This document shows positions 1 to 8,339 of a stretch of DNA of 64,000 nucleotides, in pieces. Under the pieces are notes generated by a model, which made no database searches, had not been told where the DNA came from, and saw only the letters and a program-made list of their open reading frames with translations. The position numbers were made by a program, and so were the translations under genes. The stretch comes from Ostrea edulis (lineage: Eukaryota): contig NC_079164.1 in the NCBI RefSeq assembly GCF_947568905.1, positions 16,492,001 through 16,556,000 on the forward strand, written 5' to 3'. Position 1 is the stretch's first letter. Each line of letters starts with the position of its first letter.

Positions 1-1152
1 ATGCTCCAAAAAAGGTCATGACAGAAATGCACCACCTCGCAACCGTAAAACAAAATGCCCCGCCTATGGTGATAAATGTGGACATTGCAATAAGGGTCAT
101 CACTTAGAGACGGTTTGTCGAAGTAAAGATAAGGAAAAACCCCTGCAGTCTCTCCAGATCTTCACAACTATGAAGGCGCCGTGTTCGAATCCCTTTCTGT
201 CTTATCTGATAATTACTTCCAAACTATTCTATCTGACATTTTGATCCAACCGGTCATCAATCTTACCATCCAACTCTTATCTGAGAACCACACAACACTG
301 GGCTTCTCATTGAATGCAACACATAGAACCATCAAACTTCCAGATATGGCCGACACAGGATGCCAAAGCTGCCTTGCAAGAATTAAGGTCATCCACAGAC
401 TTGGACTAACAAAATCGGACCTCATTTCAGTAACGATGAAGATATATGCTGCCAACAACAAGGGTATTTCAATTCTCGGAACTATCATCCTTCGCATATC
501 TGGACTAAATAACCATAGCAATTCAGTTGAAACCAGGTAAATGGCATATGTGACTGACGATTCTGATAAACTATTCCTTAGCAGAGAAGCTTGTGTTGCA
601 CTCGGAATAATTCCTGACACCTTCCCCACAATTGGTAACAGTAGTGAAAACATGATAACAGTAGATGCACCTCAGGAGACACAGAACTGTCAATGCCCGA
701 GGCGTCAGCTGCCGCCACCACTCCCAACAAAACTCCCGTTTGTAGCAACATATGACAATTGAATTAAACTCCGTGATTACCTACTGAACTATAACGGGTC
801 TAACACTTTCAATACCTGTGAACACCAAGCACTACCGCTAATGAAGGTCCCTCCAATGCGTCTGATGGTGGAACCAGGTGCTAAACTTGTGGCTCATGAT
901 ATACCTTTTCCTGCACCAATCCATTGGCAGGAGGAAGTTAAGGCAGGACTGGATCAAGATGTACATCTTGGAGTCATAGAGCCTGAGCTTATCGGCGAAC
1001 CTCTGTCTTAAATGCCCGGAATGGATACCACAGTGTTCCCATCCATCAAGATGATCGCCATCTCACAACGTTCATAACTCCATGGGGTAGATATGGCTAC
1101 AAGACAGCTCCACAGGGATACATTGCATCCGGTGATGGCTACACTAGACGAT
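1..1152 (+). mobile_element. Decayed Ty3/Gypsy LTR retrotransposon, 5' part (gag zinc knuckle, aspartic protease, start of RT)
   Basis: 1-126 reads CSKKGH...CGHCNKGHHLETVC (CCHC knuckle). ORF 181-540 has the protease motif ADTGCQSC. The frame continues through stops (LFLSREAC, PIHWQEEVKAGLDQDV). About 1020-1152 reads GYHSVPIHQDDRHLTTFITPWGRY..YKTAPQGYIASGDGYTRR (Gypsy RT). There is an internal deletion near 1005 and similarity stops abruptly at about 1152. Confidence 0.9.
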
Positions 1153-1613
1153 GCGGGGTTGATGTTAATTCATGTCATGGGGGAGGAATTCAAGAAACGC
1201 ATGCCAGAAAAAACCACCGAGATTGAAAGTATCGCCAACGACTGGCTTCGAGAAGTATACATAAAATATAAAGAACTTTCACCAGTTTGATTTTTCATTG
1301 CGGGATCATAACTGCGAGGGATAACATCGAAAAAACATTTGTCCTACAGTGTATTGAGGAAATAGAAAACTTGCCAGGATTTCAATTTTTGAAATCCTAT
1401 CTTCGTTCGGAAATATTTCCAATCACTTTAGACGAATATTGGTGGATATGCAGACATTTGATCGAGAACCGTATCAACCGCGAGTCATTGGTGTTGATTC
1501 ATTTAGTAGCAGAGAAATTAAAGAGAACAAAGCCGCACATCAGTGGCGTGATCGAGACCCTTCGAGTGCAGTATCTTCATCATATGTACAACAAAATACA
1601 AGAAAATGTGTAA
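1153..1613 (+). pseudogene. Truncated/frameshifted Polinton accessory ORF of unknown function
   Basis: Two overlapping frames (about 1153-1290 and 1287-1613) read as continuous helical protein-like sequence. The 5' end is lost at the Gypsy junction. It may be fused by a further frameshift to the PP1-binding domain downstream. Confidence 0.5.
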
Positions 1614-1798
1614 CCTTTAATCTGGACAACAATGAAGTGTATCTGTTACCCGAAGAAGACCGGAAAAGTATCTGGATGACTGTAGCAGCTGATCGATATC
1701 GATTTCAACGCAGGATTCGAGAAATGGAAAAAAAAATGTTGGACCCTATTTTAAAAAGGCATGTGTATTGGTGTTGTGTGTGGGAGTTATGTATTTGA
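1439..1798 (+). CDS. PPP1R15 (GADD34/CReP) / ICP34.5 / DP71L-like PP1 regulatory subunit
   Basis: The C-terminal 65 aa KCVTF...DRKSIWMTVAADRYRFQRRIREMEKKMLDPIL match the RVxF + W..xAxDRxRFxRRI signature of the PP1/eIF2alpha-binding domain. True start is uncertain. AATAAA at about 1815. Confidence 0.88.
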   Translation: MVDMQTFDREPYQPRVIGVDSFSSREIKENKAAHQWRDRDPSSAVSSSYVQQNTRKCVTFNLDNNEVYLLPEEDRKSIWMTVAADRYRFQRRIREMEKKMLDPILKRHVYWCCVWELCI

Positions 1799-1985
1799 AA
1801 TAATATGTGACATGAATAAAATTGTTTAAACGAAAGCTGTGTTTTGTTGAGTCTCTTGGAAAAAGATTTATTTGATGAGAAATCCAGAAAATCCTAAATG
1901 TAGAGTGAAAATCGAATCAAATAAGGTGTTTTCTATCGAATAGACCTTATGAGATGTTTTTATGGATGTACATGGTCGAGAAATA

Positions 1986-2358
1986 AATTTTTAAAGAGGC
2001 GGAGAAGAAACATTGGGCCTCGACTCGACCTCTTTGACCTTCGAGTATTTATATACCATGCGACGTAGCAAAATAAAAGTAAGCTTAACGAATTCCGCGT
2101 CCCAGAATATATCAGATCAAATCCACAATGCACAGAAATCGAATGTCTAGAAAAATAAAATGAGAAAAAACCCTTCTCGAAAGCACAAATCAGCCATTTT
2201 GACGGCCGCCATATTGGCTTCGTCTCCGAAGCGAGGGATGTTTTCAAGGAGGTCCGTGCTCTCTCGTTATATACCGACGCGCTCGCCAGTTTGCTTCACT
2301 GGTGATCCAGCACTGATTTAAGAAGATTTTAAGATTAGAAGAATTGAAGATAGAAGAT
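1986..2358 (+). promoter_or_regulatory. Duplicated promoter module, copy 1 (YY1-like sites, H4-type GGTCCG element, TATA)
   Basis: Near-copy of 4106-4458. GCCGCCATATTG at about 2205-2216; GTTTTC 2240-2245, GGTCCG 2251-2256, TATATA 2268-2273. A reverse-strand TATATAAA lies at about 2048-2055. Confidence 0.75.
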
Positions 2359-2373
2359 TATTTAAGAACAACA

Positions 2374-3171
2374 ATGGCTGAAGGAAGAAGGGAACCCATC
2401 TACAACTTCCAGACCCTGCCTGGATTCCGGTACCGGCTGGTGGTGGTGGCTGAGGAACGGGTAGGGGAGAATTGGGTCGTTCGTTCTCAGAACGACCTGA
2501 GCACCTTCTCCCCTTTCGACCGCAATGGGGCCCGTGAGATCGTCAACCGGGTGCGGCAGGAGTATGAAGGGATGGGACGCCGCCGCACCGCCCAGATGTC
2601 TACGGCAACGAGACCTCGCCGACGGGCCCCACAGCCACCATCACCACCGCCACCTTACTCCCCGGCGACACCTGCATTGCCACCACCAATGACCCCATTG
2701 GCACCAGCGGAGGAATACAGTCCGGTGCCGATGAGCGAGTCGCCAGTGTCGCCGGTGGAGTATTCACCAAGATCACCGTCCCCGGCACCACCTCCAAGCC
2801 CGGCGCAGAGTCCATCGCTGTTGGTCCCCGACACACCGCCACCATCACCGCCAAGACCAGCAGACCCTGCAAGACCCCCACCACCTACCATCCGGTCCGC
2901 AGGGAGGACTCCGCCACCGAGGCCAGCCCACGCACCTGTGGCAAGTCATCCCCCTAGGAACCACCCAATGACTGTCCCTGGCTGGGCAGTTAGGGCGGTT
3001 CCTATCTGGTTTAAGTGCCCTGTCTGCTGGCAAGACAGGGTACACTCCGGAATTACGTGTGGGGGATGTGGGCAGCGCCCAGCTTGCTGCATGTGTGTGG
3101 AGCAGTTAGCGGAGAGGAGACAGACCCGGGGACGGTGCCCGTTATGCCGGTTTACCGGATCCAGGCATTGA
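2374..3171 (+). CDS. Pro/Ser-rich protein with C-terminal RING finger (putative viral E3 ligase)
   Basis: Intact ORF with first ATG at 2374. A long PxxP/SP-rich middle is followed by CPVC-x10-CGGC..CCMC-x13-CPLC. It lies directly behind promoter module 1. Confidence 0.85.
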   Translation: MAEGRREPIYNFQTLPGFRYRLVVVAEERVGENWVVRSQNDLSTFSPFDRNGAREIVNRVRQEYEGMGRRRTAQMSTATRPRRRAPQPPSPPPPYSPATPALPPPMTPLAPAEEYSPVPMSESPVSPVEYSPRSPSPAPPPSPAQSPSLLVPDTPPPSPPRPADPARPPPPTIRSAGRTPPPRPAHAPVASHPPRNHPMTVPGWAVRAVPIWFKCPVCWQDRVHSGITCGGCGQRPACCMCVEQLAERRQTRGRCPLCRFTGSRH

Positions 3172-3200
3172 AGGCGAAAAAGTCGGTCTTAGGACCAAAT

Positions 3201-3239
3201 GGCCCTTTTTAGGGCCACCCCAAATGTTACGAAAAGATG
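3201..3239 (+). terminator. Histone-type 3' stem-loop plus purine-rich downstream element, copy 1
   Basis: CCAAAT-GGCCCT TTTT AGGGCC (3201-3216)-ACCCC, then GAAAAGATG at 3231-3239. The stem-loop starts 29 nt after the RING ORF stop. Confidence 0.85.
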
Positions 3240-3445
3240 CTTTTATGGCAATGATTGAGAAACATACAAAAAAATACACGAGAAGCACTTTATTAACAAA
3301 TACAATATTATACACTTGTTTATCATACATATTACGAAAAGAAGCTTTTATAGTAATGATTGAAAAACGTACAAAAATTAACACCAGCTGCACTTTATTA
3401 TCAAACACATGTTTTAATGACAATATACACTTGTTGATCATACCT
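3224..3445. repeat. Two diverged tandem copies of a ~105 bp unit carrying minus-strand AATAAA signals
   Basis: TTACGAAAAGA(T/A)GCTTTTAT...GCACTTTATTA...ATACACTTGTT occurs twice (about 3227-3328 and 3333-3443). TTTATT at about 3289 and 3394 gives poly(A) signals for the macrodomain gene. Confidence 0.7.
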
Positions 3446-3901
3446 ACAAGCAAAATCATGAATAAATTGTCTGTAATGAGTCCAATTTCCTCCCGCTAAG
3501 CCACAACCAATCTTATAAGGGAAGGCTAAAGTCTTGTACGATAAACTTCCCAATTCACGTAAACATTGTTGAAACCATAGTTCTCGCTGTTCGGGTGTAT
3601 CTCGATAGCGGGGAATACGATGAGTTCCTTTTCCGTAATCCCACTGGGCTAAGAAACAAATCACATCAGGATCGCTAGCATTTGATAAGATGCGTAACGT
3701 GCCAGGCATTCCTCGATCAACTTCTATGGCTAGATTTCTACGGCCTAAGGATCTCCGAGCAGCATACAAGTTACCCCACGGATATTTGTCCGCAATACTT
3801 TGACTTAATCCATGAGGTTTCACCGTTAAACAATTACATTGTTGTACAATACCATCGACTTTCATAGTGAGTAAATCTCCCTGCACATAAGTCACACTCA
3901 T
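3401..3901 (-). CDS. Stand-alone macrodomain protein (TARG1/OARD1/Poa1/DarG-like ADP-ribose-processing fold)
   Basis: Intact 166 aa ORF with GDLL, IVQQCNC and AFPYKIGCGLAGGNW, the hallmark macrodomain motifs. AATAAA follows immediately after the stop. Confidence 0.9.
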   Translation of the reverse strand: MSVTYVQGDLLTMKVDGIVQQCNCLTVKPHGLSQSIADKYPWGNLYAARRSLGRRNLAIEVDRGMPGTLRILSNASDPDVICFLAQWDYGKGTHRIPRYRDTPEQRELWFQQCLRELGSLSYKTLAFPYKIGCGLAGGNWTHYRQFIHDFACRYDQQVYIVIKTCV

Positions 3902-4105
3902 GATGTGAATGATGCGTATCGAGGCTATAGCTTTCGTTTTTATAAGTCACATTCACGCGATGTGTTTGTTGAGTGTCAGTCATGGGGTTTCTTTGATAAG
4001 GGTTCACTACCCTATTCAAAATGGCATTAAAATATGATGAAATAGGTTTTTCTCTATCGATCTAACTATCATTGAGGTTTCTATCACCCCACAGACGTGA
4101 GAAAT

Positions 4106-4458
4106 GAATTTTTAAAGAGGTCGAGAAGAAACATCGAGCCTCGACTCGAGCTCTTTGACCTTCGATTATTTATATACCATGCGACGTAGCAAAATAAAAG
4201 TAAGCATAACTAATTCCGCGTCTCTGAATCTATCAGATTAAATCCACAATGCACAGAAATTGAATGTCTAGAAAAAGAAAATGAGAAAAAACTCTCTTCT
4301 CGAAAGCACAAATTCGCCATTTTGACGGCCGCCATCTTGGCTTCGTCTCCGAAGCGAGGGATGTTTTCGAGGAGGTCCGCGCTTTCCTGATATATACCGG
4401 CGCGCTCGCCAGTTTGCTTCACTGGTGACCCAGCAAACCTTATTGAAGATAGAAGATG
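4106..4458 (+). promoter_or_regulatory. Duplicated promoter module, copy 2
   Basis: Near-copy of 1986-2358. GCCGCCATCTTG 4328-4339; GTTTTC 4363-4368, GGTCCG(C) 4374-4380, TATATA 4391-4396. It ends TTGAAGATAGAAG-ATG at the ORF start 4456. Confidence 0.75.
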
Positions 4459-4739
4459 AGCCGAGTACCGAGTCCACCAATTGTTAATCATGAGTGTGTC
4501 CCGGAGGATCAGCGCGAGGACTGGGATGCGATAATAACCCATTACCCTCCACCACCCCCACCAGTCAAAGACCATGACTGCATCCCAGAATATGAGCGAG
4601 AGGACTGGGATGCCATGATGGAACTGGTGCAGCGACCCCCGGGGAGAGCCATGTGGAGGAACGGGAGAATCCTTTTCGTCTTCTTCACGAGGGCGAAGAG
4701 GAAGAGAAACCCAAGAAGAAGAAGAAGGCAAAGAAATAA
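4456..4739 (+). CDS. Small acidic/Pro-rich protein with duplicated PPP..H[ED]C[VI]PE..REDWDA motif and basic tail (probable 1-nt frameshift near 4635-4643)
   Basis: The track ORF (4456-4836) runs through the stem-loop. Adding one base in the CCCCCGGGG run gives ...PPGESHVEERENPFRLLHEGEEEEKPKKKKKAKK* ending at TAA 4737-4739, 23 nt before the stem-loop. Confidence 0.6.
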
Positions 4740-4762
4740 GGGGTTTATCCCTTACACCCAAC

Positions 4763-4800
4763 GGCCCTTTTCAGGGCCACCCACATCTTATGAAAAGATG
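4763..4800 (+). terminator. Histone-type 3' stem-loop plus purine-rich downstream element, copy 2
   Basis: CCCAAC-GGCCCT TTTC AGGGCC (4763-4778)-ACCCA (4779-4783), then GAAAAGATG at 4792-4800. This is an exact match to the metazoan histone stem-loop consensus. Confidence 0.88.
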
Positions 4801-4899
4801 CTGTTGATCACAACGCTTGAGAGAAACAAAAACTAACACCAGATGCACTTTTATTTTTTATTAAGAAACTTATCGATAAAGTTACACAGTTTTGATAGT

Positions 4900-5212
4900 T
4901 AATAACTTTCCGTGTTCTTCATAGTCTCCCGTCATGTAACGTAGTCTTTCGGATGCGAGACTATTCTCACATGCTTTCCAACAAGTAGAGGATGAACGAA
5001 ATACATCGTGTTACGCTTCGTTCTCCAGTGTTTCATTTAAATTAATCCTCTTAACGTTTGTTGATCTCGGCTCATGATCAAATACTGGTATTCACTCTGA
5101 AGGATATAGCGATATCCTCCGGGCCTGCATTGTCTAAGATAAAAGTCCATGCCATACTTTGAGGAGTTTCTCTCACTCCTTTGACTCTACCATAAACTGG
5201 CACGTATTCCAT
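4900..5212 (-). pseudogene. Degraded small accessory ORF, unknown function
   Basis: ATG at 5212 is preceded by TATATAA (about 5250-5257, minus strand) and followed by AATAAA signals near 4850. The reading frame is broken by apparent frameshifts/stops. Confidence 0.4.
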
Positions 5213-5352
5213 GTCTAAGTAGACTGATTTTTTTATTGTGGCAAACCTGTCTTATATAGGTGCACACAACACAGATTTTTTTTTCAATTTTATTTTGTAA
5301 ACAATTAAACATTTAAACAATTAAACATTTGAACAATTAAACATTTGAACAA

Positions 5353-5857
5353 TTACATCAGTGACAAGTTAATACCATGATATTGACAAGTTTGTCCTTT
5401 ATGGGTTCTAGGTTTACGAAATGTCTCTTTAAACCATTGGGCTACATAACGATCTCGTTGTAACATCGTGCCTTTCCAAGGAAGTAACCAATCTTGAACC
5501 GTTTTTCTTTTACGATGGCGTTGATGTAGATAATACACACAATATTGTCCACAGACATCCGTGTTCAAAGCTTGATAACAATTCGTGTTACGAATCCAAG
5601 TGTCTCCGTGACGTCGCATAAACGCCTTGATTTCTTGATGCACCGGAGGTAATCCGTAAGAATCAAAATATTCTATGATGGGGCTGCTCAAATACAAACA
5701 GACCCAATGGGCTCCGGGGCGATGATGAGGGTCTGTATTGATCACGATCGCTTTTTGGTGGGGGTAAGATCTCCGGTAATACATCTCTAGGATACACACC
5801 TCCAAACGCAGGGCCTAAATCTGGAGATAAGACGTCTCTCAATTGATACGTGTCCAT
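5353..5857 (-). pseudogene. Adenain-like cysteine (maturation) protease, frameshifted
   Basis: MDTYQLRDVL..FGGVYPRDVLP (5857 frame) shifts near 5770 into NTDPHHRPGAHWVC, YFDSYG, YQALNTDVCGQYC (H/D/Q/C catalytic set). Confidence 0.9.
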
Positions 5858-5859
5858 CT

Positions 5860-7262
5860 TCAGTAATCGATGCTGACTTCTCGTTGTTTGTTGATTTCTA
5901 GCAAATTGTCAAAGACGGCATACACCACGCAGTTTAAGGTCGTCGCTATGCTGTCGGCAAATTGTACTTCTACTCTCAGGTTACCTGTTTGTATGAGATG
6001 AAATTTATCCGTCTGAGCTTCTTGGTCTTTGGTAAAATCCATACACCATAGGGTGTAACCGTTTTTTACTCTTCCAGAGTAATGTCGGGAGCCCAATCTT
6101 GCCCTAATTTTCCCAATCCTTTGTACAGACTTAAATACGATCTCAGATACTGATCGTCCGTGAAATTAGGTTCCAGGGGACGAGTTTCCATCATGTCTCC
6201 ATTGATACTGACTTCTAATTTTTTTACTTTCTGATTTTGGAAATTAAACGGATTTTTAGCATCATCGCCGTTAAAGGCGGCGTTTTCCACAAACCCCAAG
6301 AGGATGAGTTTGGGCATCTGGCCTTGGAATAGGTGATCGGTGATTTTCGATTGGGTCCCGGTAGGAATCGTGAACGTTTTCACTTCCACTCTTCTCAATG
6401 GATAATTAGCTGTTTGAGTACTCAGTTGTTGATTGATCAGATTGATGATCGTTGGAGTCGGTTTGACTTTTCTCACCCACAAGATCATACTTTGAATGAC
6501 TACTTTCCCACTACTACCGGCATCGGTCATCATGTAGAATTGGGGTCTGGCACGATTGAATCGAAGACGTACGTCTACTCCGTTCGGCAGACATTTCTCT
6601 TGCTGAAACAAATCCAGATGTAAACGGTCCATCAAGACAATTTCCTTACTGTTATTTATTTTGTGGTGACGTTTTCTCAACCCCACATTCTGAGAATCGT
6701 CGGGATATATTGGGGTCGGTAGCATTGCATTGATGGTGACTTTATCATTAGCTACGGCAAATTCCTTTGGAGGTTGAACCAGACCAGAATACTCTCGATC
6801 CTCCATTTGACCGACGGTATCTTTTTCCCACAAGGTACAGGCTCTCATCTGAGTTTTCAGAGTTTTGGGGGCATAAGACAGTAATTTCTCCAAGTAGGCT
6901 TTGTACAGATAAGTATCCGTTCCTGGGGTAATGACTTTCCCATTGAGACTCACATCGATTTCACTGAATAAGGAATGTAAGATGTTATTGACCGGGGTGG
7001 AAGTAGAACCCGCTCCCGTGAGAGCCGTCCCGTCTGCTTTGGTGAATTTACAGACCATCTGGAGATACGATTGAGATAAATCCAGATATTCATCTCCTTG
7101 ACCTTTGATTTCGAATTCAATGGGAGCCGTATCCGAATTTAACGAACTGGAAATCGGATAATATTCCATCCATTTAGAGTCTTCTAAAGTGACGTTTGTC
7201 GGGGGAACTTTAAACAGTTCCAAACTGTCGGTCCCACACGCGCAGGAATCTCTGTGCATCAT
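5860..7262 (-). pseudogene. Major capsid protein (double jelly-roll, Polinton PY/hexon-like), one frameshift near 6070-6090
   Basis: Start [16 protein letters not shown] at 7262. Motifs [48 protein letters not shown]. The C-terminal piece (5860-6096) reads [24 protein letters not shown]. Confidence 0.9.
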
Positions 7263-7335
7263 TTTTGAACGATATGTTACTGATCGTTGTTGGGAATCAA
7301 ATGGGTTCACCCCTCCCTCACATCTTTTTATAGGT

Positions 7336-8307
7336 TCAGTCGAAAATGTGGAGAGATCGTTTCTTCTTACCCCGGACCGGTGCATGGGACTTTCTTTTAC
7401 GCGGTCCTCCTAAGACACGTTGTTGAGAGGGGGTCTTAGACTGTCTCTTACGGTGTCCTCGTGCACCGGCCTGTCTTTTACGGGGTCCCCCTCTTGCTAA
7501 GAGACGATGTTTGGCCATATCGGCTGTATTCTTAGCAGCTCGTATACCATGTGTCTTAAGAGCGTCTTTGAGAAATCTCTTATTTTCTAAAACATCTAAC
7601 CCCGTCTTAGCGGCGGCCGTCAAAGCTTGTTTAGCTCCCGTTTTGAGTAAATCGGTAAAAAAGCCTTTTCCTTTCTGTTTTCTTCTTTTCTTTCTCCTAA
7701 TAGTGGTTGCTAATGCCTGGCTTCCGTGAGTTCTGAGCGCTTGTTTGAGAGATCGTTTATTTTCTAAGACATCTAATCCCGTCCGGTACCCGGCTTTCAT
7801 GGATTGTCGTGCTCCTCGTTTCACCATACCCGCTAAAACACTATCCCTTTGACGGGATCTTAATTTTTGTTGAATTCTCGGCATGGCCATACGGCCCGTA
7901 TTTTTGATGGCTTGTACTCCGTGTGTCTTGATGGCATCTTTGAGAGACCGTTTATTTTCTAAGACATCTAACCCCGTTTTAGCGACTGCTGATAAAGCAA
8001 ATTTGAGCAAATCGGTAAATAAACCTCTTCCCCATTGCACCGGGTTAATCGTTTTGAGGAAATCGATGTAACCTTTTCCCCCTTGTCGTGGAGGTAATAC
8101 ATCGGGCTCCGTGAGAAATCCTCCGATGACTTTACCGGCCGTGTTAACAAAGCTACGACTCAAATTTTTCAACCAACCATATCCTTCTGTTTGTGGTAAC
8201 CCTCCCAGTAACCCTCCAACGACCTGACCGATCACGGGAGCCGCTAGTTTACCGACTGTTTTAAGAGAGCACCCCACCCGTGACCCCGCTGGTGTAATAA
8301 ACCTCAT
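7336..8307 (-). CDS. Lys/Arg-rich putative virion core protein with three internal repeats
   Basis: Intact 323 aa, very basic. KTG(L/Y)..GLDVLENKR(S/F)LK.A(L/I)(K/R)THG occurs three times. Several QxGxG/GG motifs. Lies between penton and MCP. Confidence 0.75.
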   Translation of the reverse strand: MRFITPAGSRVGCSLKTVGKLAAPVIGQVVGGLLGGLPQTEGYGWLKNLSRSFVNTAGKVIGGFLTEPDVLPPRQGGKGYIDFLKTINPVQWGRGLFTDLLKFALSAVAKTGLDVLENKRSLKDAIKTHGVQAIKNTGRMAMPRIQQKLRSRQRDSVLAGMVKRGARQSMKAGYRTGLDVLENKRSLKQALRTHGSQALATTIRRKKRRKQKGKGFFTDLLKTGAKQALTAAAKTGLDVLENKRFLKDALKTHGIRAAKNTADMAKHRLLARGGPRKRQAGARGHRKRQSKTPSQQRVLGGPRKRKSHAPVRGKKKRSLHIFD

Positions 8308-8339
8308 TGATACTGCATCTTTGTCGAGACTGACCCCTT

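Noticed and set aside
1075-1095. TCCATG-GGGTAG as left TSD plus terminus matching CCCATG at 19117
   Set aside because: These bases encode the Gypsy RT motif TPWGRY, and no sequence matching the right terminus follows.
1093-1290. 65-aa ORF as a gene
   Set aside because: Chimeric: the first 20 codons are an off-frame reading of Gypsy RT across the deletion junction.
1960-2247. Similar minus-strand ORFs in both promoter modules (also 4210-4761)
   Set aside because: Similarity is explained by DNA duplication; frames and lengths are not conserved between the copies.
2600-3045. Gly/Val-rich minus-strand ORFs
   Set aside because: Antisense shadows of the GC-rich Pro-rich RING gene.
7263-7385. N-terminal 41 codons of the track's MCP ORF
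   Set aside because: They overlap the upstream gene and contain the TATA motif; conserved MCP sequence begins at ATG 7262.
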